Shown: positions 19,469 to 29,264 of the stretch, piece after piece
Layout: every line of letters begins with the position of its first letter
Numbering within the stretch: position 1 is the first letter of the stretch
NCBI GenBank assembly: GCA_965226585.1
Contig: OZ245366.1
Span: 320,001 to 384,000 of the forward strand
DNA: 64,000 bases
Origin: Thermodesulfobacteriota bacterium
Lineage (GTDB): Bacteria > Desulfobacterota_D > UBA1144 > Nemesobacterales > Mycalebacteriaceae
Direction: 5' to 3'
Notes under the pieces: generated by a model
The model's database searches: none
What the model saw: the letters and a program-made list of their open reading frames with translations, nothing else
What the model was told of the DNA's origin: nothing
Translations under genes and position numbers: made by a program

Positions 19469-19477
19469 GCGCGGCGA

Positions 19478-20116
19478 CTACACAAGCAAAGGTTTTATCT
19501 TTCTCTCTTCCGCCGTTTCCGCCGCGTGAAGTTCGCCGTCTTTCTGCCACAGAGCGAACCGGTCAAATATTTTTTTCATTTTTTTCTGCGTTGATGCCCA
19601 TCCGAAACTCCACTCGTCATCTTTCCAGCCGTCCTCAAAAAAGGTTTTGAGAAAAAACTCTCTTTCCCTTCTGAGCCCTTTTTCCGCCAACCAGCCCGTG
19701 CGGGCAACGGCGTATCCGCAGGCAAATCCCATCGCCATAGTGCCTCTGAGACCCAAAGCCACCGCCGCGGTGGAAACAATCTCAATGTGGCAGTAGAGAG
19801 CCTGCTGAGTGCGGTATTTTTTCTCAGGCATAAGCGCGTCCATCGCCAGCAGGTTTTTCACAAAATACATCGGGTAGTAGGTTGGGCTGTTGACGTCAAC
19901 CGACTTTGTGGCGCACAGAAGCGGCTTTTTTGCTATCACGTCCTCATCAATTACGCCCACCATAAAACTGCGCCGGTCAAACTCCCCTGCGTCTCCGCAC
20001 AGCCGCAAACTGAGGCGGACTTTTTCCCACTCCCTAGCGGCTATCTCCATCGCAGATTCTATGCGCCCGTGTCCGGGGGCTTCCACAAGACCGTCAAGAT
20101 TAGTTCCCGCGCTCAC
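19478..20116 (-). CDS. hypothetical protein
   Basis: 212-aa ORF with a 4-bp start/stop overlap with the glycerate kinase gene, implying translational coupling; no family recognised. Confidence 0.65.
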   Translation of the reverse strand: MSAGTNLDGLVEAPGHGRIESAMEIAAREWEKVRLSLRLCGDAGEFDRRSFMVGVIDEDVIAKKPLLCATKSVDVNSPTYYPMYFVKNLLAMDALMPEKKYRTQQALYCHIEIVSTAAVALGLRGTMAMGFACGYAVARTGWLAEKGLRREREFFLKTFFEDGWKDDEWSFGWASTQKKMKKIFDRFALWQKDGELHAAETAEERKIKPLLV

Positions 20117-21444
20117 TCCGGCATCTCCACAAGCACAATTCCAATGTCCATAACATTTGTTCCGGTGGATCCGGTTTTAATCAGATCGTCCAGAGATTCG
20201 AAAAAAGTGTAAGAGTCGTTTTCCATCAGGTGGTTGCGTGCGCTTATGTCTCTCTTGCGCGCCAGCAGACGCGAAGCACCGTCGCATATCGCTCCCGCCG
20301 CGTCCGTGGGTCCGTCTATTCCGTCCGTTCCGGCAAACAAGCCCACTATGTTTTCGTGCCCGGCAACTTCCATACAAAATGACAGTGCGGTTTCCGTGTT
20401 CCTTCCGCCTCTTCCGCCGCGCTTCACGTTCACGGTTGTTTCGCCGCCGAAGATAACGCACGCAGGCGTCTCAAGCGGTTTTCCGAACCGCTCAACATCA
20501 AGCGCGATTGCCGCAACACATTTCGCCACCTCTTTTGCCTCCCCCCTTATCTGCGATGACAGCACAAGGGTTGAGTATCCGAGGGCGCGCGCCTTTTCCT
20601 CAGCGGCGGAAACGCATTTGCTGTTGTTGCCAACCACTTCGGTTCGCACTTTCGCGCCGGGCGGAACGGTTTTTTCAAGGTTCGTTTCGTCTCTCATACC
20701 CCTTTCAAGCTCAACAACAACGCGGGGCGGAATCTGATGCTCAACGCCCAGCGCCTCAACCACGCGCCACGCCTCTTTGAAGGTGGTTGTGTCTTCAACC
20801 GTGGGTCCCGAAGCTATCATTTCAAGGTTGTCTCCGACAACGTCTGAAAGGATTAACGTTACAACCTCTGACGGAAGCGCCTGCCGCAGAAGCCCGCCGC
20901 CCTTTATGCTGGACAGTTTTTTTCTGACTGTGTTCAGTCCGTAAGTGTCAACCCCGGAGATGAGGAGCTGTTCGGTAACTTTGCGCTTGTCTACAAGGGA
21001 AAGCCCTTCGCGGGGCTTGGCGAGCATTGAGCTTCCGCCGCCCGATATGAGAAACAGCACGAGGTCGTTTTTGCCGGTTTTCTCAAGCAGTTTCATAATT
21101 TCGTCCGCCGCGCGCGCGCTTTTTTCATCGGGAACCGGGTGGCTTGAAAGCATGAATTTCATTACGGCAAAGTCAGAGGCGGGAGCGGAGTTTGAAACCA
21201 CAATCCCGTCCGTGATTCTGTCGCCGAGCAGTTTTTCCGCCGCCGCCGCCATCGCCGGGGCGGCTTTTCCGAACGAGACCACATAGATGCCTTTGTATGA
21301 AGAAAGGTCGTAATTTTTTCCTTCCACTTTCAGGGTTTCGCCCTCAACTGATGCGTGCTCAAACACGCACCGCTCCGGATTGACCGCTTCAATTCCCGCG
21401 TCAAGAATCTCCATCGCGTGTTTTCTCAGGGTTTTGTTTGACAT
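20113..21444 (-). CDS. glycerate 2-kinase (MOFRL/DUF4147 family)
   Basis: GKAAPAMA, HPVPD, LISGGGSS, KGGGL, SDVVGD...IASGPT, GGETTV, GGRN.E, TDGIDG, TGTNVMD. Confidence 0.93.
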   Translation of the reverse strand: MSNKTLRKHAMEILDAGIEAVNPERCVFEHASVEGETLKVEGKNYDLSSYKGIYVVSFGKAAPAMAAAAEKLLGDRITDGIVVSNSAPASDFAVMKFMLSSHPVPDEKSARAADEIMKLLEKTGKNDLVLFLISGGGSSMLAKPREGLSLVDKRKVTEQLLISGVDTYGLNTVRKKLSSIKGGGLLRQALPSEVVTLILSDVVGDNLEMIASGPTVEDTTTFKEAWRVVEALGVEHQIPPRVVVELERGMRDETNLEKTVPPGAKVRTEVVGNNSKCVSAAEEKARALGYSTLVLSSQIRGEAKEVAKCVAAIALDVERFGKPLETPACVIFGGETTVNVKRGGRGGRNTETALSFCMEVAGHENIVGLFAGTDGIDGPTDAAGAICDGASRLLARKRDISARNHLMENDSYTFFESLDDLIKTGSTGTNVMDIGIVLVEMPE

Positions 21445-21453
21445 TTTCCGCTT

Positions 21454-21927
21454 TTAAGATTTTTTCAACTCTTCCAGAATTTTGTCCACCGATTCGCGGG
21501 TCAGGTTTTCGTGAAGCGAGTTGTCCACAAGCATAACCGGCGCAGAGCCGCACGCCGCGAGGCATTCGGCTTCCATAACCGTTATCTTGCCGTCTCCGGT
21601 CGTTTCACCCTTTGAGATACCCAGTTTGCCGCAAATGTGCTCCTCAACTTCGTCCGCCCCTTTGAGAGCGCACGACAGCGTTCCGCAAACCCAGACCGTG
21701 TGTCTGCCAACCGGTTTTGTGAAGAACATGGTGTAGAAAGTTGCCACATTCCGGACGCTTGCCGGGGTTATGTCCAGAATCTCCGCAACCTCGCTCATGG
21801 ATTCTTCAGCCAGCCAGCCCAGTTTCTGCTGGACTTTCCACAGAGCCGGAATCAAAGCCGCGCGCGTGTTTTCCGCTTCGCTTTTAATGCGCTCTATTTC
21901 CGCTCTTGTGTCGTCAGGCAGTGGCAT
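21454..21927 (-). CDS. nuoE: NADH-quinone oxidoreductase subunit E
   Basis: VATFYTMF, VCGTLSC, ECLAACGSAP [2Fe-2S] motifs. Confidence 0.93.
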   Translation of the reverse strand: MPLPDDTRAEIERIKSEAENTRAALIPALWKVQQKLGWLAEESMSEVAEILDITPASVRNVATFYTMFFTKPVGRHTVWVCGTLSCALKGADEVEEHICGKLGISKGETTGDGKITVMEAECLAACGSAPVMLVDNSLHENLTRESVDKILEELKKS

Positions 21928-21938
21928 TTTGGTGAGCC

Positions 21939-22685
21939 TTACTTTACGTACTCAAACTGCGGGTATACAAAACTGCCCTTCATCCATACAGCCCATGTGG
22001 GGTCGGCAACCGGTTTGAGTTTGTTCAAGCGGTGACCGTCCGGAGCGGTGATTTCGATTTTCGCGTCTGTTATCGCTTTTGTGGAGCCGATGTATGGAAT
22101 GGCGTATTTTACAAGTTTTCCGCCCTTTTTTCCGAAGTAGTTCAGGTGCCCGCCTTCGCGGTTTTCAAGTTTTCTGCCGGTAACCTTCGCTTCGGCTTTT
22201 ATAAGAGTTTTGCCTCCCGCTTTCAGGCGCGCCTTCAGTTTGCCTTTTCTGACGCGCGCGGTGGTTTTTCCCTTCTCCGCCGGAATTCCGGCGCCACGGG
22301 CGAACTTTCTCATCTTCTCCGAACTGTTGAAGTAGAAAACAAAATACCTGCCGGGATAGCCGTTTTTACTGTCCATCACGTAAGAGTCGCGCCCTTTCAG
22401 CTCAACCGTCAAATACGTTAGGGTATACGCTCCAAATCCCGAAGTCTGAGTGTCTTTCGGAACCGTGTACATGTTGATAACCACATGCCCGGTGGGTTCA
22501 AGCCCTTTCGGCAGCATCTTTTTCAGTTCTTTCTCATCCGCCTTGTAAGCCGCCATGAACATCCACGCGTCCTCAACAAGTTGAGGGGCGGGAAGCGGGT
22601 CGGGCGTTTTCGCGGCTCCGGCAACAGAAACCGGAATAACGACCGCAAGCAAAACGGCGGCAACAATCTTTTTCAGTTTTCTCAT
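21939..22685 (-). CDS. exported protein with acetoacetate-decarboxylase-like fold
   Basis: RBS AAAGGAGG before ATG 22685; signal peptide MRKLKKIVAAVLLAVVIPVSVAGA; D..ELKKMLP.GLEP and FGAY...Y..V patterns resemble the ADC superfamily. Confidence 0.6.
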   Translation of the reverse strand: MRKLKKIVAAVLLAVVIPVSVAGAAKTPDPLPAPQLVEDAWMFMAAYKADEKELKKMLPKGLEPTGHVVINMYTVPKDTQTSGFGAYTLTYLTVELKGRDSYVMDSKNGYPGRYFVFYFNSSEKMRKFARGAGIPAEKGKTTARVRKGKLKARLKAGGKTLIKAEAKVTGRKLENREGGHLNYFGKKGGKLVKYAIPYIGSTKAITDAKIEITAPDGHRLNKLKPVADPTWAVWMKGSFVYPQFEYVK

Positions 22686-22798
22686 AACAAAACCTCCTTT
22701 GTCGTACACGGATTTTTTAACAGATAAGCAAGCCAACCGCAAACGGACGGCGGCGGATGCGGTTTGAATTGACCCCCGCGCTGGGCTATGCTTCTGCG

Positions 22799-23362
22799 GT
22801 GGCAAAGAGGCGTATAACAAGGGTTTACACAAAGACCGGCGACGGCGGGCAAACCTCGCTTGTGGGCGGCTCAAGGGTTGACAAAGACTCCGCCAGAGTG
22901 TCTGCGTACGGAGATGTGGACGAGTTGAACTCGGCTCTTGGTGTCGCTCGCGCGTTCTGCAATGGCGGCGAACTTGAGTCCATAATTCTGGAAATTCAGA
23001 ACGACCTTTTCATTCTCGGCTCAGACCTTGCCAGCCCCGCCGGGGTTGACTCTCCCAGAATTGACGAGTCTCGCGCCGAGAAGCTGGAGGCGTGGATAGA
23101 CCGCCACCTTGAGCAGATGGAGACGCTAAAAGAGTTCATACTTCCCGCCGGAAAACCCGCCGGGGCGTTTTTCCACCTTTCGCGCTCAATATGCCGCAGG
23201 GCGGAGAGAAGCGCGGTCGCCCTGATGAAAAAAGAGAAAACCTCACAGGCGGCGGCAATTTATCTCAACCGCCTTTCCGACCTTCTTTTTGTTCTCGCCC
23301 GCGCGGCAAACATCCGGGACGGTTTTGCCGAGGTTCCGGTTGACTTCGGTGGCAAACCTTGA
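22799..23362 (+). CDS. ATP:cob(I)alamin adenosyltransferase, PduO type
   Basis: VYTKTGDGGQTSL, AYGDVDELNS, IQNDLF..G.DL, FILPAG, CRRAER, YLNRLSDLLFVLAR; GTG start chosen from promoter spacing. Confidence 0.93.
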   Translation: MAKRRITRVYTKTGDGGQTSLVGGSRVDKDSARVSAYGDVDELNSALGVARAFCNGGELESIILEIQNDLFILGSDLASPAGVDSPRIDESRAEKLEAWIDRHLEQMETLKEFILPAGKPAGAFFHLSRSICRRAERSAVALMKKEKTSQAAAIYLNRLSDLLFVLARAANIRDGFAEVPVDFGGKP

Positions 23363-24030
23363 AAGAAGACACAACAGAACAAAAGTTGACCGTTGTCCAC
23401 CCGGAGATGGACTCTTATATGGCTTCCCTTGCGGAAGGGGCGGCTTTTCCTCAAACGGATGGCACGGTTGCCGAGATGGAGGCGCTTGCGGGGCAGAGGG
23501 ATTTCCCCATAATCGGCCGCCTCGCGGGAAGGTTTCTTTTTCAGCAGACGCTTTTGCTGGGGGCGCGTTCGGTTTTTGAAATGGGTTCGGGTTTCGGTTA
23601 TTCGGCTTACTGGTTCGCAAAAGCGGTCGGAAGCGGGGGGACGGTTGTGTGCACGGACAGGAGTGAGGAAAACTCAACGCTTGCCCGGAGTTTTATGGAG
23701 AAATGCGGATTCACAGACAGAACGGTTCTGCGCACGGGAGACGCAGTTGCCCTTATGGATGAAGCGGACGGAGTGTTTGACATAGTTTTTACAGACATAG
23801 ACAAACGCAGGTATCCGGAGGCGTTTCGCTCCGCGCGCGGCAAGATACGACCGGGAGGGCTTTACATAGTTGACAACGCTTTCTGGGACGGCCGCGCCGC
23901 AAACCCTTCGGGCGACCCGGACTCTGAAGGGGTGGCGGAGTTCAACAAGGCGGTGATGAGCGACCCCGATTTTCTCACGGTTCAAGTTCCGATAAGAGAC
24001 GGTGTTTCGGTGAGTTTGAAACTGCGTTAG
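23359..24030 (+). CDS. class I SAM-dependent O-methyltransferase (caffeoyl-CoA OMT/Methyltransf_3-like)
   Basis: FPIIG...G.FL, EMGSGFGYSA, FDIVFTDIDK..Y, GGLYIVDN, PIRDGV; TTG start overlaps the upstream stop. Confidence 0.88.
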   Translation: MKEDTTEQKLTVVHPEMDSYMASLAEGAAFPQTDGTVAEMEALAGQRDFPIIGRLAGRFLFQQTLLLGARSVFEMGSGFGYSAYWFAKAVGSGGTVVCTDRSEENSTLARSFMEKCGFTDRTVLRTGDAVALMDEADGVFDIVFTDIDKRRYPEAFRSARGKIRPGGLYIVDNAFWDGRAANPSGDPDSEGVAEFNKAVMSDPDFLTVQVPIRDGVSVSLKLR

Positions 24031-24045
24031 GGTTCAAAACGCGCG

Positions 24046-26688
24046 ATGAAATCGACTGACAGAACGGAGGAGGAAACGGAGCGGCTCAAGAAGTTCTATC
24101 TTGACGGCGCGCAGAAAATACGGGACAAGCATTTTTCCTTTACTCCGGAAAACAGGTTTGTTGCCGGAATGGAACTTGCGCGCGAGCGGACCGCCCTTGT
24201 TGACTCTTTTATCACAAAAGCCTCCGCAGACCGAAGCGGAAAATGCCCCGAAGGCGTTTCGCTTGTCGCCCTCGGCGGCTACGGCAGAAAAGACCTTTGC
24301 CCGTTTTCAGACATAGACCTTCTTGTTCTTCACAAGCCCGGGTTTGAGGAAGTCGCCCGCAAAACGGTTGAAAACATCTTCTATCCCATCTGGGACATGA
24401 ATCTTGACCTCGGTCACGCCGTCAGAACGGCTAATGAGTGCGCTCAAATGTGCGCCGGGGATTTTGTAACCTTCACCTCGCTTCTTGACAGCCGCTTCAT
24501 CACCGGCGACCCGGCGGAGTTTGCCGCGCTCGCAAAGGGGCTTTCCGAAGACGTTATGCCGTCTGTCTCAGCGCGCTTTATTGATGAAAAACTCACTGAG
24601 GCGCGAATCCGCAGAAAGAAGTTCGGAAGTTCGGTCTGGATGCTTGAGCCCAACGTGAAAGAGGCGGAGGGCGCGCAGAGAGATTTGAACACAATGCTCT
24701 GGCTGTGTCAGGCGAAATACAAAATCAAAGCTTTTGATGAACTGCCGGACAAGGGGATTATGAGCGAAAAGGAGTTCAGAGTAACGTTCAAGTGCATGAG
24801 TTTCCTCCTTCTCGTCCGCTCGCATCTTCACTACCTCGCGGGCAGAAAACACGACAAATTGAGTTTTGATTTTCAGCCCGATGTGGCGAAGTTTTTCGGG
24901 TATCAGGATTCTTCAAAGAAAGCGGTTGAAAAGTTTATGAGAATCTACTACCTGCGCGCCGGGCTTGTGAGCGAGAACTTTCAGCGTGTTGTGGAAAGGG
25001 TTTCGGAAAAATCCTCGTCTGCGGCAAAGCATTCCAAAATCCGCCATCTTGACCACGGGTTTACAATCAGCGACGGGGTTCTTTCCGTAACGGGAAAAAA
25101 TGTTTTCAGGGAAACACCGGTAAATCTGATAAGGGCGTTTGAATACGCGGACAGGCACGGCGCGGAAATGAGCCGGTACATGAGGGCGCTTATCAGAGAG
25201 CACGTTCCGCTTATTGACGAAGAGGTGAGAAACAGCCCGGAGTTCAGCCGCATATTCACCGGTATTCTCAAAAACGGCTCAAACGTCTACAAGGTTCTCT
25301 CCCTCATGAACCGCCTGAGGTTTCTCGCCCACTACATACCGGAGTTCGGAAGAATTGTCTGCATGATGCAGCACAACGCCTACCACCTTTACACGGTGGA
25401 TATTCACTCGCTTTTCCTTGTGAACGAGGTGGAGCGGCTTTTCAAATACGAGTACGAAGATGAGTTTCCCCTTCTGACGAAGGTCGCGGAATCGGTTGTC
25501 AGCAGAGACGTTCTGTATCTCGCGTGTCTGCTTCACGACATAGGCAAGGGTTCTGCCGGGCACGACCACGCGCGGGTGTCAAAGGAGATGGTTGAAAAAA
25601 TCGGAGTGCGTCTCGGTCTCCCGCCGGATGATGCCGCCGTGCTTGAATTTCTTGTTGAAAACCACCAGATAATGTCGGATTTTTCACAGAAGCAGGACAT
25701 CAACGATTCGGAACTTGTCTCAAAGTTTGCCGAATCAGTCGGAGACGACGAACGGCTTTCCCTGCTCTACATACTCACTTTCGCGGACTTGAGGTCTGTC
25801 GGCACGGAGGTGTGGAACAACTGGAAATCCATGCTTCTCAGAAAACTGTATTTTTCCTCCCTCAGAAGTCTTGAACCCGGACGCCCCGGCCAGACCGAGG
25901 ATGCGGACATGAGAAAGGAGACGGTGTGCAGGGAAGTAGAGCGCGCCTCTTCAGGCGAAATTACCGCTTCAGAAGCGGCTCGCGCCGTGGAAAATATGCC
26001 TCTGTCATACCTGTTCAACCATTTGCCCGCCGACATTGGAAGGCACATCTCCATTATGAAATCCGCCCGCAACGGAATCGCGACCGATGTTATCCACCAC
26101 GAGGACGGGGGATATGACGAGTTTATTTTCTGGGGAAAAGACCGCAAAAGTTTGTTTCGCACCCTTTGCGGAGCCGTGAGCGCGAACGGTCTGAACATCC
26201 TCGGGGCGAGAGCGGAAAGCGGCGCAGACGGCATGGCTCTGGACATCATGTATCTGAACCGGCTTGGCGGCTCGGCGGCGGACAGTCCGGAGTTGTGGGA
26301 AAAACTTGACGGCGACATCAGAGCCGCTCTGGGCGGCACGCTCGACATTGACGCTGTTATGAAAAAGCGCAAGCAGTTCTCTCCCGTGAAAAGGAAACTC
26401 ACCTCCACTCCTCCGAGGATTGTTTTTGACAACGAGTGGTCTGAAAAGGCGACTCTTGTGGAGGTGTTCGCAGACGACAAGCCGGGCATTCTCTACGACA
26501 TCGCGACCGTGCTTGCGGACGCAGGCGTTTCAATAACTCACGCCAAGGTGTCAACCAGAGCGGAGCAGGTTTTTGACGTTTTCTACGTTACCGGCGCGGA
26601 CGGGCGCAAGGTGGAAAACCCCGATATTCTTGAGAAAATCAAAGAGGCGTTGCCGCGAGCCCTGGAACGGGATGCGGCGGATGTTTAG
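24046..26688 (+). CDS. glnD: [protein-PII] uridylyltransferase
   Basis: ALGGYGR...P.SDIDLL NTase motif, EPNVKE..G..RD, H.YTVD.H...LLHDIGKG HD domain, two C-terminal ACT domains. Confidence 0.95.
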   Translation: MKSTDRTEEETERLKKFYLDGAQKIRDKHFSFTPENRFVAGMELARERTALVDSFITKASADRSGKCPEGVSLVALGGYGRKDLCPFSDIDLLVLHKPGFEEVARKTVENIFYPIWDMNLDLGHAVRTANECAQMCAGDFVTFTSLLDSRFITGDPAEFAALAKGLSEDVMPSVSARFIDEKLTEARIRRKKFGSSVWMLEPNVKEAEGAQRDLNTMLWLCQAKYKIKAFDELPDKGIMSEKEFRVTFKCMSFLLLVRSHLHYLAGRKHDKLSFDFQPDVAKFFGYQDSSKKAVEKFMRIYYLRAGLVSENFQRVVERVSEKSSSAAKHSKIRHLDHGFTISDGVLSVTGKNVFRETPVNLIRAFEYADRHGAEMSRYMRALIREHVPLIDEEVRNSPEFSRIFTGILKNGSNVYKVLSLMNRLRFLAHYIPEFGRIVCMMQHNAYHLYTVDIHSLFLVNEVERLFKYEYEDEFPLLTKVAESVVSRDVLYLACLLHDIGKGSAGHDHARVSKEMVEKIGVRLGLPPDDAAVLEFLVENHQIMSDFSQKQDINDSELVSKFAESVGDDERLSLLYILTFADLRSVGTEVWNNWKSMLLRKLYFSSLRSLEPGRPGQTEDADMRKETVCREVERASSGEITASEAARAVENMPLSYLFNHLPADIGRHISIMKSARNGIATDVIHHEDGGYDEFIFWGKDRKSLFRTLCGAVSANGLNILGARAESGADGMALDIMYLNRLGGSAADSPELWEKLDGDIRAALGGTLDIDAVMKKRKQFSPVKRKLTSTPPRIVFDNEWSEKATLVEVFADDKPGILYDIATVLADAGVSITHAKVSTRAEQVFDVFYVTGADGRKVENPDILEKIKEALPRALERDAADV

Positions 26689-26714
26689 TTTTTGCGTGGG
26701 AGGCGCGCTTTGGA

Positions 26715-28301
26715 ATGTTTCGTAATGAGCCGGAAACAGATGTTCTTGTCATAGGAAGCGGGCTTGCGGGCTTGTACGCGGCTTTCAGCGCGGCGGCTGA
26801 GGGCGCGAGGGTGACGGTTGTAACGCGCACCACGATAAAGGAGAGCAATTCGTACTGGGCTCAGGGCGGAATTGCCGCCGCCGTTGATTCCGCCGACTCG
26901 GTGCTTCTGCACAAAAACGACACCATAAAAGCGGGTTGCGGACTTTGCGACCGGGACGCGGTGGATGTTCTGGTTCAAGAGGGCAGGGAGAGGGTGATGG
27001 AGATGGCGGAGTTCGGAATGGAGTTTGATTCAGACGCATACGGTTTTGACCTGGGGCTTGAAGGCGGCCACTCCAAACGGCGCGTTCTTCACGCGGGCGG
27101 AGCGGCTACGGGAAGAAAGATGATTGAGTTTCTCATCTCATCGGTAGAGAAGGCTGAGGGCGTTTCAATTATGGAGAGCACAGAGGTTGAGAGTCTTATA
27201 TCTTCAGGCGGCGAGTGCCTCGGCGCGTGGACGGTTCAAAGCGGCGGAGGGCGCGCCGCCGTGAGGGCGCGCTCAACCATACTCGCCACCGGAGGAGCCG
27301 CCGCGCTTTTCAGCCGGACAACAAACCCGCAAGCCGCCAAGGGAGACGGAATCCACATGGCATACCGCGCCGGAGCCGAGATAATGGACATGGAGTTTGT
27401 GCAGTTTCACCCCACTGCGTTTTACTCTCCGGGCGGCGAATGTTTTCTCATATCCGAAGCCATCAGGGGCGAGGGCGGATTTCTTACAAACTCAAAAGGC
27501 GAGAGATTTATGGAGGGCGCGCACCCGCTCGGCGACCTTGCTCCGAGAGACGTGGTGTCGAGGGCTATACATTCCCAGATAAGCGGCGGCGGAGAGGATT
27601 TTGTCTGCCTTGACGTTACGGGCATAGAACCCGGAATTGTCAGGAACAGATTTTCAGACATCTATCGCCGCTGTCTTGAAAACGGCGTTGACTGCCTTGC
27701 CTCTCCCATTCCCGTTGCCCCCGCCGCCCACTACACAATAGGCGGCGTAAAGACCGGGCTTTACGGTGAGACCAGCCTGAAAGGGCTCTACTGCTGCGGC
27801 GAGACGGCGTGCGTTGGTGTTCACGGCGCGAACCGCCTTGCGAGCAACTCCCTGCTTGAATGTCTTGTTTTTTCAAAAAGGTCGGCCGGGGGGGCGGTTG
27901 AAAATCTCACCTCCGCCCGCCCGCCCGCAGAGCTTCCCGCGCCTCCGGATGATGACCAGAGCGGGGGAGATGAAAAACAGTACGACCGGCTTTGCGCAGA
28001 GATTGTTTCAAAAACCGGCTCCATGCTCGGCATAGTCAGAACGGGAGAGAAGATAAAAAGTTTTATCTCCGCCGCCGGGCGGATTCTGGATGAGTCTCAA
28101 AACATGGCGGGGTGGCGGGGGCGCAGGGTTGCCTCAATGGCAAACATTTGCCTGATGACGGCGCGGGCGGCTCTTATGAGGGAGGAGTCGAGAGGGGTTC
28201 ACATACGGGAAGATTTTCCCGAAACAGACCCCCGGCTTTGCCGTCACAGTGTTTTCAGTAAAACTTCGTCCGCGCCCGCCCCGCGCTGGGAGGATTTGTG
28301 A
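26715..28301 (+). CDS. nadB: L-aspartate oxidase
   Basis: IGSGLAGL, SYWAQGGIAA, EGGHS.RRVLH, QFHPT, LAPRDVVSRA, PAAHY, GVHGANRLASNSLLEC. Confidence 0.95.
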   Translation: MFRNEPETDVLVIGSGLAGLYAAFSAAAEGARVTVVTRTTIKESNSYWAQGGIAAAVDSADSVLLHKNDTIKAGCGLCDRDAVDVLVQEGRERVMEMAEFGMEFDSDAYGFDLGLEGGHSKRRVLHAGGAATGRKMIEFLISSVEKAEGVSIMESTEVESLISSGGECLGAWTVQSGGGRAAVRARSTILATGGAAALFSRTTNPQAAKGDGIHMAYRAGAEIMDMEFVQFHPTAFYSPGGECFLISEAIRGEGGFLTNSKGERFMEGAHPLGDLAPRDVVSRAIHSQISGGGEDFVCLDVTGIEPGIVRNRFSDIYRRCLENGVDCLASPIPVAPAAHYTIGGVKTGLYGETSLKGLYCCGETACVGVHGANRLASNSLLECLVFSKRSAGGAVENLTSARPPAELPAPPDDDQSGGDEKQYDRLCAEIVSKTGSMLGIVRTGEKIKSFISAAGRILDESQNMAGWRGRRVASMANICLMTARAALMREESRGVHIREDFPETDPRLCRHSVFSKTSSAPAPRWEDL

Positions 28302-29173
28302 AAAGCGAAAGAAAGCCGCCGGTTCTTGACTGGGAAAAGGTTGACCGCCTGATAGAGACTGCCGTCGCAGAAGATGTGCGCGGCGGCGACGTAACAACGG
28401 AACTGCTTTTTGAAACCGATGTTTCCTGCCGCGCGGCGGTGCACGCGAACCAGCCCGGAACCCTCGCGGGAATAGATGTTGCGCGAACCGTTTTTGAAAA
28501 ACTTGACAAGAATCTCAAATGGAAAAACCACAGGGATGACGGCGACAAACTGGAAAAAGGGGATGGCATTGTTACCATAACCGGCTCGCAGAGGCACATT
28601 CTCACCGGCGAGCGGCTTGCCCTTAACATACTTCAGCGGCTCAGCGGAATAGCTACTTTCACGGCGCGTTTTGTTGCCGCCGTTGAGGGAACGGGAGTTC
28701 TGATTGTTGACACGCGCAAAACCGCTCCGGGTATGAGGGAACTTGAGAAATATGCTGTGCGCATGGGCGGCGGGGGCAACCACAGATTTGGTCTTTATGA
28801 CGGCATTCTTATAAAAGACAATCATATAAAACTTGCCGGCGGGGTGAAAAAAGCCGTTGAAAAGGCGCGCCGCCGCGCGGCGGAATCGGCAGAAAACTAC
28901 GAGCGGTTTCCGATTGAAGTTGAGGCGAAGGAGATGTATCAGGTATCCGAAGCCGTTTCCTGCGGCGCGAGCGTTGTAATGCTTGACAACATGAGCGCGC
29001 AGCAGATGAAAGAAGCCGTCCGGCTTGTGGACGGAAGGGTTCTGCTTGAAGCATCCGGCGGAGTTACGCTTGAAAGCGTAAAAGAGGTTGCCGAAACGGG
29101 CGTCAACATCATCTCAGTCGGCGCGCTCACGCATTCCGCCCCCGCGCTGGATATAAGTCTGGATATGATTTGA
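28298..29173 (+). CDS. nadC: nicotinate-nucleotide pyrophosphorylase (carboxylating)
   Basis: GERLALN.LQRLSGIAT, DTRKT.PG, NHR.GL.D.ILIKDNH, MLDNM, EASGG, SVGALTHS. Confidence 0.97.
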   Translation: MKSERKPPVLDWEKVDRLIETAVAEDVRGGDVTTELLFETDVSCRAAVHANQPGTLAGIDVARTVFEKLDKNLKWKNHRDDGDKLEKGDGIVTITGSQRHILTGERLALNILQRLSGIATFTARFVAAVEGTGVLIVDTRKTAPGMRELEKYAVRMGGGGNHRFGLYDGILIKDNHIKLAGGVKKAVEKARRRAAESAENYERFPIEVEAKEMYQVSEAVSCGASVVMLDNMSAQQMKEAVRLVDGRVLLEASGGVTLESVKEVAETGVNIISVGALTHSAPALDISLDMI

Positions 29174-29264
29174 AGGGCTTTTGGTTTTTTGTCTGCCGCT
29201 CTGTTCTTGCCGGGGAACCCGCCCCGCCTGTGGTATAATTCCATTGCGGCTGATTTGAGGGAGA

